From an uncultured Candidatus Binatia bacterium (lineage in GTDB: Bacteria > Desulfobacterota > Binatia > UBA9968 > JAJDTQ01), in contig OZ219754.1 in NCBI GenBank assembly GCA_964291295.2, positions 2,176,001-2,240,000 of the forward strand: a stretch of DNA of 64,000 nucleotides, given 5' to 3'. Shown piece by piece: positions 18,189 through 27,491 of the stretch (the stretch's first letter is position 1; each line of letters starts with the position of its first letter). Under the pieces are notes generated by a model. That model saw nothing but the letters and a program-made list of their open reading frames with translations. It made no database searches and was not told where the DNA came from. The translations under genes and the position numbers were made by a program.

Positions 18189-21100
18189 ATGCCGCCGAAG
18201 ACGCTGGAAGACCTTCTGGCGCACCGGATCCTGCTGTTCGATGGCGCCATGGGCACGCGCATCCAGGCTCTCGGTCTCGGCGAGGCGGACTTTCGCGGCT
18301 CCCGTTTCGCCGCGCACCCGAAGCCGCTGAAGGGGTGCAATGACGTCCTGTGCCTGACGCAACCCGGGGCCATCGAGGCGATCCACGAGGAATATCTGGA
18401 GGCCGGGGCCGACATCGTCGAGACCAACACCTTCAACGCCAACGCCATATCGCTGCTGGACTACGGTCTCGAGGACCTCGCCTACGATATCAACCGGGCT
18501 GCCGGCGCGGCGGCGCGGAAGGCGGTGGACCGGTTCAACGCGGCGCACGGCGCTTCCCGGCTGGTGGCAGGCTCCCTGGGGCCCACCAACCGCACGGCGT
18601 CCATGTCCCCCGAAGTCCACGACCCGGGGTTCCGGGCCGTGGACTTCGATCAACTGGTGGCGGCGTACGACCACCAGGCCCGGGGCTTGGTGGATGGCGG
18701 CGTCGATCTGCTGTTGCCGGAAACCACCTTCGACACCCTGAACCTGAAGGCCTGCCTGCTCGCCATCGCGCAACTTCTGGAGGAGCGGGGCGCGCGGCTG
18801 CCGGTGCTCGCCTCGGTGACCATCACGGACCAGAGCGGCCGCACGCTTTCGGGCCAGACCCTGGAGGCGTTTCTCACTTCCATCGGTCACGCCGACCTGG
18901 CGGGTGTGGGCATCAACTGCGCCTTCGGTCCGCACCAGATGACTCCCTTCGTGGAGGAGTTGTCACGGCTTTCGGAGTTGCCGGTCTTCGCCTATCCCAA
19001 CGCCGGCCTGCCCAACGAGTTCGGCGGGTACGACATGGGGCCGGACGAGTTGGCGGAGGCGCTGGAGGAGTGGGCTCGAGAGGGCTGGCTGAACCTGGTG
19101 GGCGGCTGCTGCGGCACCACCCCGGAGCATATCGCGGCGCTCGGGGCGCGGGTGAAGGGGCTTCGGCCGAGGCGCACTCCCGAAGCCGACCGCTTCACGC
19201 ATCTGAGCGGGCTGGAGCGGCTGGTGATCCGCCCCGACACGAACTTCATCATGGTGGGCGAACGCACCAACGTGGCCGGCTCCCGGAGGTTCGCCAGGCT
19301 GATCCGTGAAGGCGCGTACGAGGAGGCGGTGGCCATCGCCCGGGAGCAGGTGCAGGGCGGTGCCAACATCCTCGACATCAACATGGACGAAGGCATGCTC
19401 GATTCGGCCGCGGCCATGTCGGTGTTCCTCAACCACGTGGCGGCGGAACCCGAGGTGGTCCGGGTGCCGCTGATGCTGGACAGCTCCGACTTCTCGGTGA
19501 TCGAGGCCGGGCTCAAGTGCGTACAGGGCAAGGCCGTGGTCAACTCCATCTCGCTCAAGGAGGGCGAGGAGGCGTTCCGCAAGTGCGCCCGCGTGGTGAA
19601 ACGCTACGGCGCCGCGGTCATCGTCATGGCTTTCGACGAGGAGAAGCAGGCCACGACGGTGGAAGAGCGGGTGGCGGTATGCCGGCGGGCTCACCGGATC
19701 CTGACCGAAGAGGTGGGCTTCGACGAGGCGGACATCATTTTCGACACCAACATCCTCACCGTGGCCACGGGCATCGAGGAGCACGCGGAGTACGCCATCA
19801 ACTTCATCGAGGCCGCCCGGCGCCTCAAGGCGCTCTTTCCCCGCTGCCACCTCTCGGGCGGGGTCAGCAACATCTCGTTCTCCTTCCGCGGCAACGACCG
19901 CATTCGCGAGGCCATGCACGCGGTGTTCCTCTACCACGCGATCCAGGCGGGCATGGACATGGGCATCGTCAACGCCGGTCAACTGGCGGTGTACCAGGAG
20001 ATACCGGACGACTTGCGCGACCGGGTGGAGGACGTGCTGTTCAACCGCCGCCCCGACGCCACCGAACGGCTGGTGGCCTTGGCCGGGCAGGTGGGGGAGG
20101 CCGGCGCCGCCGCGGTGGAGGCGCAGGCCTGGCGGGACGGACCGGTGGAGAGCCGGCTCTCGCACGCGCTGGTGAAGGGTATCGCCGACTACATCGACGA
20201 GGATGTCGACGAGGCCCTGGAGCGTTACGACCGCCCCCTTCACATCATCGAGGGACCGCTCATGGATGGCATGGGCGTTGTCGGGAACCTGTTCGGAGCC
20301 GGCAAGATGTTCCTGCCCCAGGTGGTCAGGAGCGCCCGGGTGATGAAGAAGGCGGTGGCCCGCCTGACACCCCTCATGGAGGCCGAGAGCGCGGAGCGGG
20401 GCGACGGCATGAAGCGCGCCCGGCTCGTGTTCGCCACCGTCAAGGGCGACGTCCATGACATCGGCAAGAACATCGTGGGCGTGGTGCTGCGCTGCAACAA
20501 CTACGACGTCGTCGATCTCGGCGTCATGGTGCCGGCGGACCGGATCATCGACACGGCCGTCACCGAGAAAGCCGACGCCGTGGGGTTGAGCGGTCTCATC
20601 ACCCCGTCTCTGGACGAGATGGTGCATGTCGCCGGCGAGATGGAACGGCGCGGTCTCAGGCTGCCGCTGCTCATCGGCGGCGCCACCACCAGCAAGCGCC
20701 ACACCGCGGTGAAGATCGCTCCGGCCTACGGCGGGGAAACCGTCCATGTGCTGGATGCGTCACAGGCAGTGCCGGTGGTGCAGAGCCTCATGGACCCGGT
20801 GGCCCGGGCCGAACTGGCGGCTGCCAACAGGAGCGGACAGCAACGCATGCGGCAGGAGTACGAGAGCCGGGTCGGCACGCGGCTCCTGAGCTATGCCGAG
20901 GCGCGGAAGCGGCGCTGCCGCATCGACTGGCAGACCTGCGACATGGATGTTCCCGACTTCACCGGCCGCCGGGTACTGCGGGACTATCCACTGGCCGAAC
21001 TGGTCCCCTGCATCGACTGGTCGCCCTTCTTCCACACCTGGGAGATCCCCGGACGTTATCCGGACCTGCTGGACGACCCGGTGCGCGGCCCCGCGGCCCG

Positions 21101-21869
21101 GGAGCTTTTCGCCAACGCCCGTGAGCTGCTGGACCGGATCGTGGCACAGGGACTGCTGGTGGCCCATGGCGTCTACGGCTTCCATCCGGCCAACAGCGAA
21201 GGCGACGACATCGTGCTCTTTGCCGACGATACCCGCACGGTGGAACTCACCCGGTTCCACACCCTGCGCCAGCAGAAGGAAGCGCGCCAGGGCAAACCGC
21301 AATATGCCCTGGCCGACTTCGTGGCGCCGCGGGATTCAGGCCGGGAGGATTTTCTGGGAGCGTTCGCGGTGACCGCCGGACACGGCTCGGACGACCTCGC
21401 CCGGCGGTTCGAGTCCGAGCACGACGAGTACAACGCCATCATGGCCAAGGCCCTGGCCGACCGTCTGGCCGAGGCGTTCGCGGAGCACCTCCATGCCCGC
21501 GCCCGGCGCGACTGGGGCTACGGCAGAGGCGAGGAGCTGAGCAACCAGGATCTGATCCGGGAGCGGTACCGCGGCATCCGGCCGGCGCCGGGCTACCCCG
21601 CCATCCCGGACCACACCGAGAAGCCGGCGCTGTTCGAGTTGCTTGACGCACGCCGAGCCACCGGCATCGAATTGACGGAGAATTTCGCCATGTGGCCGGC
21701 GGCTTCGATCTGCGGCCTCTACCTTGCCAATGCGGCGGCGCGCTACTTCGCGGTGAGCGCCTTGGGCCGGGACCAGGTGGGGGCCTACGCGGAACGAAAG
21801 GGCATGACGGTGGCGGAGGTGGAGCGGTGGCTGGGGCCGGTGCTGGGCTACGATCCCGCCGGAAGTTGA
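18189..21869 (+). CDS. metH: B12-dependent methionine synthase
   Basis: [31 protein letters not shown] and GIRPAPGYP motifs; about 1226 aa. Confidence 0.98.
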   Translation: MPPKTLEDLLAHRILLFDGAMGTRIQALGLGEADFRGSRFAAHPKPLKGCNDVLCLTQPGAIEAIHEEYLEAGADIVETNTFNANAISLLDYGLEDLAYDINRAAGAAARKAVDRFNAAHGASRLVAGSLGPTNRTASMSPEVHDPGFRAVDFDQLVAAYDHQARGLVDGGVDLLLPETTFDTLNLKACLLAIAQLLEERGARLPVLASVTITDQSGRTLSGQTLEAFLTSIGHADLAGVGINCAFGPHQMTPFVEELSRLSELPVFAYPNAGLPNEFGGYDMGPDELAEALEEWAREGWLNLVGGCCGTTPEHIAALGARVKGLRPRRTPEADRFTHLSGLERLVIRPDTNFIMVGERTNVAGSRRFARLIREGAYEEAVAIAREQVQGGANILDINMDEGMLDSAAAMSVFLNHVAAEPEVVRVPLMLDSSDFSVIEAGLKCVQGKAVVNSISLKEGEEAFRKCARVVKRYGAAVIVMAFDEEKQATTVEERVAVCRRAHRILTEEVGFDEADIIFDTNILTVATGIEEHAEYAINFIEAARRLKALFPRCHLSGGVSNISFSFRGNDRIREAMHAVFLYHAIQAGMDMGIVNAGQLAVYQEIPDDLRDRVEDVLFNRRPDATERLVALAGQVGEAGAAAVEAQAWRDGPVESRLSHALVKGIADYIDEDVDEALERYDRPLHIIEGPLMDGMGVVGNLFGAGKMFLPQVVRSARVMKKAVARLTPLMEAESAERGDGMKRARLVFATVKGDVHDIGKNIVGVVLRCNNYDVVDLGVMVPADRIIDTAVTEKADAVGLSGLITPSLDEMVHVAGEMERRGLRLPLLIGGATTSKRHTAVKIAPAYGGETVHVLDASQAVPVVQSLMDPVARAELAAANRSGQQRMRQEYESRVGTRLLSYAEARKRRCRIDWQTCDMDVPDFTGRRVLRDYPLAELVPCIDWSPFFHTWEIPGRYPDLLDDPVRGPAARELFANARELLDRIVAQGLLVAHGVYGFHPANSEGDDIVLFADDTRTVELTRFHTLRQQKEARQGKPQYALADFVAPRDSGREDFLGAFAVTAGHGSDDLARRFESEHDEYNAIMAKALADRLAEAFAEHLHARARRDWGYGRGEELSNQDLIRERYRGIRPAPGYPAIPDHTEKPALFELLDARRATGIELTENFAMWPAASICGLYLANAAARYFAVSALGRDQVGAYAERKGMTVAEVERWLGPVLGYDPAGS

Positions 21870-21953
21870 CCGTGCCGCCGGCGGACCGCGCCACCGGCGC
21901 TTACCGGAATCCCGTGGGTGGGGAAGCGGAGGCGGTAAACCGGCTCGTTCCGG

Positions 21954-22772
21954 TCAACTCTTCAGGAAACCCGTCACCAGCGCGGCCGTGGCCTCCGGCT
22001 GCTCCGCCTGGGGGCTGTGGCCGGCACCCTTCACGAGTTTCACGCCGCCGGCATTCGGGATGCCGGCGGCGTAGGCTTCGCCGTGGGCCAGGGGCACCAT
22101 GTGGTCGGCCTCGCCCCACACCACGCGCGTCGGTGCCGCGATGCGGTGCAGCCGGCTCCGCAGCGAGCGGTTGTAGAAGTAGGGCGGATTGAAGCCGAAG
22201 CGGTTGGTGAAGCGCAGCATCTGGTAGCGCCGCAGTTCGTCCTCGATGTTCTCGGCCCGGCCGTCGGGAAACAGCGCGTGTCCCGCGGGCGTCCGGTGGT
22301 TCTCGAACAGCATGGTGCGCAATTCGGAGTAGTCGGTGCCGCGCACCGGGTGGGACATCATGAAGATGTCGCCGGTGGGCGCTCCGGGCACGAACAGGCC
22401 GGATGCGTCGATGAGCACCAGCCGCCGGACCTTCTCGGGATGGCGCACCGCGAGTTCGGCCGCCACCCAGCCGCCGACGCAGGTGCCCACCAGGTCGAAC
22501 CGCTGGAGCCCCAGTGCGTCGATGACCTCCAGGTAGTGGAACACCAGATCCTCGGCCGACTCCAGGTACTCGATCTCGTCGGACGCGGCACACCCCGGGT
22601 GGGCCGGGGCGGTCAGACGGCAGGATTCAAGAAGCTTCCGGTGGAACCGCATCCAGCCTTCCGCGACCGCGTGAATGTCGGCGAAGCCGTGCAGGTAGAG
22701 GGTCGGCTGGCCGGAGCCGTCCTCCAGCACCCAGGTCTTCCGCCCGCGGATGTCGAGGGTGCGGCCGCTCAT
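21954..22772 (-). CDS. Alpha/beta fold hydrolase with Cys at the nucleophile elbow
   Basis: LYLHG, VGTCVGG, WGEAD and GH motifs; overlaps the LLM gene stop. Confidence 0.85.
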   Translation of the reverse strand: MSGRTLDIRGRKTWVLEDGSGQPTLYLHGFADIHAVAEGWMRFHRKLLESCRLTAPAHPGCAASDEIEYLESAEDLVFHYLEVIDALGLQRFDLVGTCVGGWVAAELAVRHPEKVRRLVLIDASGLFVPGAPTGDIFMMSHPVRGTDYSELRTMLFENHRTPAGHALFPDGRAENIEDELRRYQMLRFTNRFGFNPPYFYNRSLRSRLHRIAAPTRVVWGEADHMVPLAHGEAYAAGIPNAGGVKLVKGAGHSPQAEQPEATAALVTGFLKS

Positions 22773-24013
22773 GTGCCCGCTCCGGCTGCGAGGGTTTCTT
22801 CCATCCCCGGATAGGCCTTGGCGAAGACTCTCGCGGAGTCCTCCCGCAGGGCCGGGGCCACCCGGGTGGCGAACAGGCGCTGGCTCTCGCGAGCCAGCTC
22901 TCCGGGCATGTTGCCGAGATGAAACTGGATCAGCAGGTTGCCGGCCTGCGACTTCTCGATGATGTCCAGAATCTTCCGGTGCACGGTTTCCGGACTGCCC
23001 ACCACGATGGACTGGGCCTTGTCCAGTTCGTCCCAGTCGGCGGCGTCACCGAGCATGGAACGCTCCGGGTCGGAATGCTTCAGGAACTCCTTCCAGGCGG
23101 GGGCGGGAATGTAGGGAACGCCGGCGCCGAAGGTGAGCTGGCGACCTTCCTTGCGGAGGTGTCCCTTGAGACAGTTGCGCAGGAAGTACCAGACGCCCTC
23201 TTCGCATTCCTCCCGGGCCTGGGCGTCGGTCTCGCTCACGTAGGCCGACATCAGGATGCCCATGCGGTACGGATGGTAGCGGTCGCCGTGCTCTTCCAGC
23301 ACCCTGGAGAACTGCTCGCGGGCCTTCCAGGTTTCGCCGCCATGGCTCCGGGACGAAAGGAAGTAGCCGTAGCCGCGCCGGGCCACCTCCGTCAGCGTGG
23401 AGGCGCTCCGGGAGCCCGGCACCCATATGGGAGGATGAGGCTTCTGAGTCGGCCTGGGCCAGGGATTCACGTAACGCAACGGATAGTAGCGGCCCTCGTG
23501 GTTGAAGGGACCGTCTTCGGTCCAGGCGCGCACCACCAGGTCCACGGCCTCCCAGAAGCGTTCCCGGGACGTCACCGACGGGATGTTGTAGTTGTAATTC
23601 TCCGGTCCGCCGCCGGGCGCGAAACCGGCGATGATGCGTCCGTTGCTCATGTTGTCGAGCATGGCGTACTCTTCGGCCACCCGGAGCGGATTGATGTGAA
23701 GCGGCAACAGGTTGCCCAGCACGACGATCCTGGCCTTGCTGGAGCGCTGCGTGAGCGCCGCCGCGACGAGGTTGGGCGAGGGCATCAGGCCATAGATGTT
23801 CTGGTGATGCTCGTTCAGCACCAGGCCGTCGAACCCCAGTTCGTCGGCGCAGGCAAGCTGGTCGATGTACTCCTGGAACAGGCCGCGGGACTTGTCCGAA
23901 TCCCACAGACGGTTCGGAACCGTGACCCAGCCCGTGTCGTACTTCTCGTCGAAGTCCCGGGGCAGATGGGGATAAGCCATGAAATGCCAGCAGAAGAGCT
24001 GTACCGGGTGCAT
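22769..24013 (-). CDS. LLM-class flavin-dependent oxidoreductase
   Basis: ADELGFDGLVLNEHHQ, PLRVAEEYAMLD, QKPHPPIW and VGSPETV motifs. Confidence 0.92.
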   Translation of the reverse strand: MHPVQLFCWHFMAYPHLPRDFDEKYDTGWVTVPNRLWDSDKSRGLFQEYIDQLACADELGFDGLVLNEHHQNIYGLMPSPNLVAAALTQRSSKARIVVLGNLLPLHINPLRVAEEYAMLDNMSNGRIIAGFAPGGGPENYNYNIPSVTSRERFWEAVDLVVRAWTEDGPFNHEGRYYPLRYVNPWPRPTQKPHPPIWVPGSRSASTLTEVARRGYGYFLSSRSHGGETWKAREQFSRVLEEHGDRYHPYRMGILMSAYVSETDAQAREECEEGVWYFLRNCLKGHLRKEGRQLTFGAGVPYIPAPAWKEFLKHSDPERSMLGDAADWDELDKAQSIVVGSPETVHRKILDIIEKSQAGNLLIQFHLGNMPGELARESQRLFATRVAPALREDSARVFAKAYPGMEETLAAGAGT

Positions 24014-24054
24014 GTTTCCTCCGGGCGTGGGGCGGTGGCGACGGACCGCCTCCC

Positions 24055-24648
24055 TCAGGTGAAGCTTCGGAAGCGGGCCTTCCTCCACAGCCGGACCCGT
24101 GTCCATCCCATCAGCCAGCCGATGAACAGAACCCCCGCGCCGGTCACGAACCACCACAGCCGCATGTCCCGCTGGATGGTGTTGCTTTCCTGCTGGAGTT
24201 GCCGGAGGCGTTGCCGGTCGCTCAGGTGGTCCTCGGTGAGCTTGTCGTGGGTGGCCATGAGGCGCTGGTTCTCGCCGCGAAGCTGCTCGAGCTCCGTCGC
24301 CTGGGTTTCGACCTTGGCGTTCAGTTCTTCCACCTGCCGCTGGAGCGGCGGCTCCCGGGTCAGGAAGCTCCTCAGCACGTAGCCCTGCCGCCCGTCCGGC
24401 AGCGACACCTGGTCGTAGTCGCCTTCCTGTCCCAGGGTCTGCATCGGGTTCCCGGTCTTCAGCACCGCGATGATCCGGTGCCTCACGGTCGGCCCCGTGC
24501 GCACCATGACCTCGCGGTAGCCGCTGACGTAGACCGTCTCCGGGTGGGCGAGGCCGGCGGACAGGAACATTCCCAGGCTCATGAGCCAGCCTGCGCGGGC
24601 CAGGCCGCGGATGCGCCCGGGTTCACGGTGGTCACCATTCACCGGCAT
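24055..24648 (-). CDS. SH3-domain membrane protein (YgiM/TIGR04211-like); start uncertain
   Basis: ETVYVS..VRTGP SH3 domain, coiled coil, C-terminal TM (WFVTGAGVLFIG). Confidence 0.8.
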   Translation of the reverse strand: MPVNGDHREPGRIRGLARAGWLMSLGMFLSAGLAHPETVYVSGYREVMVRTGPTVRHRIIAVLKTGNPMQTLGQEGDYDQVSLPDGRQGYVLRSFLTREPPLQRQVEELNAKVETQATELEQLRGENQRLMATHDKLTEDHLSDRQRLRQLQQESNTIQRDMRLWWFVTGAGVLFIGWLMGWTRVRLWRKARFRSFT

Positions 24649-24701
24649 GGGATTCACGAGCATGGGCATGGAGGCGCGGGGCGACGCGGTGATACCCGCG
24701 G

Positions 24702-25604
24702 CTACGCGCCGGGTTCCGGCCGGGCCGCCGGGGGAGTGTCTTCCAGGCAACCCATCTGTGACAACACGGTGCACGACATCAGGCTGCCGCGTTCACCCAA
24801 TTGACTCGAAACCGAAAAGTGGTGGGTTCCGGGGACTTCCAGATAGCGGCAGTCGACGCCCCGCTCCCGGCAGAGGGCGAAGAAGTCCCTGGACATGCCG
24901 ATCCACCCGCGGGTTTCCGCTCCGCCCACCGCCACCACCAGCGGCGTCCGGTCCCGGGGCGGGTGGCGCATGGCACTGATCTCCCGGGCGGTATCGGGCG
25001 TCAGGCGGATATCCTCGTTGGTCGAGATGTGGAAGACCGGGTCCGCATCGTAAACGCCGGTGATCGCCACCGCGCCCTTGAGGATGTCTTCGGGCAGGCC
25101 GTCCTCCTCCCAGGGGTGGCTCAGGGCCCGGGCCGTCAGATGTCCGCCGGCGGAGGACCCCGACAGGTAGAGTCGTTGCGGATTGCCGCCGTACTCCGCG
25201 ATGTGGCGATAGACCCAAGCGATGCCCTGCCGGGTCTCGCGCATGATGTCGGGCACGGTGACCTGCGGGCAGAGGTCGTATTCCAGCAGCACCAGGGTGG
25301 CCCCCGCCTCGACGAACGGTTCGGCAAGGAAGCTGCAGGCGTCCTTGCTGCCGCCGCGCCAGTAGCCGCCGTGGATGTAAATCTGCACCGGGGCCCCGGA
25401 CTGCCGGGCCGGGAAGATGTCCAGTCGCATCCCGGGTCCGTCGCCGTAGCGCACGTCTCGAAAGTGCCGGAGTTTCGCCCGGGTGGTCTCGCTGGCCTGC
25501 TCCCGTTCCACCGCCAGTTGCGCATGGTCGGTGACGGTGACCCGTGGATTGAACTGGTACTCCATTTCCTCCCGTCTGAAGTCCTTGTAGACCGTTTCCG
25601 CCAT
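24702..25604 (-). CDS. Alpha/beta hydrolase (arylformamidase/esterase-like)
   Basis: LDIFP, IHGGYW, SGSSAGGHL and HHF motifs. Confidence 0.88.
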   Translation of the reverse strand: MAETVYKDFRREEMEYQFNPRVTVTDHAQLAVEREQASETTRAKLRHFRDVRYGDGPGMRLDIFPARQSGAPVQIYIHGGYWRGGSKDACSFLAEPFVEAGATLVLLEYDLCPQVTVPDIMRETRQGIAWVYRHIAEYGGNPQRLYLSGSSAGGHLTARALSHPWEEDGLPEDILKGAVAITGVYDADPVFHISTNEDIRLTPDTAREISAMRHPPRDRTPLVVAVGGAETRGWIGMSRDFFALCRERGVDCRYLEVPGTHHFSVSSQLGERGSLMSCTVLSQMGCLEDTPPAARPEPGA

Positions 25605-25878
25605 GGGAACTCCCCCGTCGATGCTCCTCGACCGCGCCCGCGCTGCCGGGATCCCGAGTACGCGTGACCAGTCCTGCATAGCAGATTCGTTGGCGTGGCG
25701 CGAGGTTTTCCGTCCGGCGCGGTGCGGGATCGCGTGTGGTTCCGGAGGTTCTGCCGGTGGTGGCGTTCCGGCGGCACTCCTCCGTCAACCGTCGGCTTCA
25801 CGGATCGACAGGACCGTTGCACCGCGCGAGCGGGCAGGGTGGCTTGCCAACCGGCGGAGCATGCCGTAAGCAGACGCC

Positions 25879-27207
25879 ATGAGCGTCACGAGTTGCGCGG
25901 AGCGGCGCGGAGTGTTCTCGGAGCGGATGGGGGAGGGCGTGGCGATTATCGCGGCCGCCCCCCAGGCCACCCGATCGAACGATGTGGAATACCGGTACCG
26001 GCAGGACAGCGACCTCCTGTATCTGACCGGATTCCCGGAACCCGACTGCCTGTGCGTGTTGTCGCCGCGGCACGAGCGGGAGCGTTTCATCCTGTTCGTG
26101 CAGCCCCGGGACCCGGCCAAGGAGACCTGGACCGGAAAGCGGTATGGCGTCGACGGCGCCCGCGGCGTGTTCGGCGCGGATGGCGCCTATACCATCGAAC
26201 GGGTTCGGGAGATCCTGCCGGCACACCTGGCGCAGACCGATACGGTCTACTTTGCACCGGGCCGGGACGAGCGCATGAATGCGCTGATCCGGGAGCTGAT
26301 CGACGGCAGCAGGCTGGCGCGGGCACGTACCGGGCGGGGGGTGGTGTCGGTGGTGGACCCGGCGTCGATCCTGCACGAGATGCGGCTCCGCAAGTCGGCG
26401 GAGGAACTGGCCCTCATGCGCAAGGCCGCGGCCGCCTCCGCCCGCGCCCATGTGGCGGCCATGAAAGCGGTTCGGGACGGAACCTTCGAGTACGAGCTGG
26501 AGGCGCTGGTGGATTATCACTTCCGCTCGGCGGGCGGTTCGGGCGCGGCCTATCCGTCCATCGTGGCCTCCGGCGCCAACGCGACCATCCTCCACTACAC
26601 CCGGAACGACCGCCGCATGCGTGACGGGGAACTCGTGCTCATCGACGCCGGTGCGGAATTCGACGGCTACTGTTCGGACGTCACGCGTACTTTTCCGGTG
26701 GGCGCGGCCTATTCCCCGCCTCAGCGGCGGGTCTACGAGATCGTCCTGCGGGCACAGAAGGAAGGCATCGCCGCGGTTCGGCCCGGGGCGTCCATGGAGG
26801 ACATCCACCGCAGGGCCACCGAGGTGCTGGTGGAGGGCCTGCTGCGCATCGGGTTGCTGTCGGGAGATGCCGGAAGTCTCATCGAGAAGGGCGAGCATGC
26901 CCGCTTCTACATGCACCGGACCGGACACTGGCTGGGCCTGGACGTGCACGATGTGGGCCGGTACCGGGTGGACGGCGCCTCACGGCCGCTGGAGCCGGGA
27001 ATGGTCCTGACCGTCGAGCCGGGTCTCTATATCGGCGAAGACCTGGAGGACGTGAGCGGCGGCTACCGCGGCATCGGCGTCCGCATCGAGGACGACGTGC
27101 TGGTCACCGAGGGGGGACACGAGGTGCTGTCAGGCGCCATCCCCAAGGACGTCGAGGCCATCGAGGCCATCCGGCGCGAGGCGCTGGCCACCCGGCGCTC
27201 CTGCTGA
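25879..27207 (+). CDS. pepP: Xaa-Pro aminopeptidase
   Basis: YRQDSD..YLTGF, ILHY, DAGAE..SDVTRTFP, HWLGLDVHD, TVEPGLY and GVRIEDD motifs. Confidence 0.95.
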   Translation: MSVTSCAERRGVFSERMGEGVAIIAAAPQATRSNDVEYRYRQDSDLLYLTGFPEPDCLCVLSPRHERERFILFVQPRDPAKETWTGKRYGVDGARGVFGADGAYTIERVREILPAHLAQTDTVYFAPGRDERMNALIRELIDGSRLARARTGRGVVSVVDPASILHEMRLRKSAEELALMRKAAAASARAHVAAMKAVRDGTFEYELEALVDYHFRSAGGSGAAYPSIVASGANATILHYTRNDRRMRDGELVLIDAGAEFDGYCSDVTRTFPVGAAYSPPQRRVYEIVLRAQKEGIAAVRPGASMEDIHRRATEVLVEGLLRIGLLSGDAGSLIEKGEHARFYMHRTGHWLGLDVHDVGRYRVDGASRPLEPGMVLTVEPGLYIGEDLEDVSGGYRGIGVRIEDDVLVTEGGHEVLSGAIPKDVEAIEAIRREALATRRSC

Positions 27208-27268
27208 TGCGGGCGGAGGCCGCCGGCGCGCCGTCGACCTCCACCCCTTGACCTCCAACCCCTCCCGC

Positions 27269-27454
27269 TCACTCGCAGCCGAGGCAGCGGATGGTCTCGA
27301 AGAGAACCTTCTCGTCGCCGGCGGTGCGTGCGTGGTCCAGCACGACTCGAAGGGCCTTTGACGGATCGGGAAGCTGATACTTTCCGGCCATGGCTTCCAG
27401 CCAGTCCAGTTGTCCCTGCTCGATCTCCAGGCTCGCGTTGATCCTGTTCTTCAT
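27269..27454 (-). CDS. Small hypothetical protein (RHH-like pattern, C-terminal CxxC)
   Basis: 61 aa, AAAGGGG RBS, typical codon usage, ends RCLGCE. Confidence 0.65.
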   Translation of the reverse strand: MKNRINASLEIEQGQLDWLEAMAGKYQLPDPSKALRVVLDHARTAGDEKVLFETIRCLGCE

Positions 27455-27491
27455 TTGAAACCCCTTTCGGTTCCTTTCCGGACGGTCGCCT

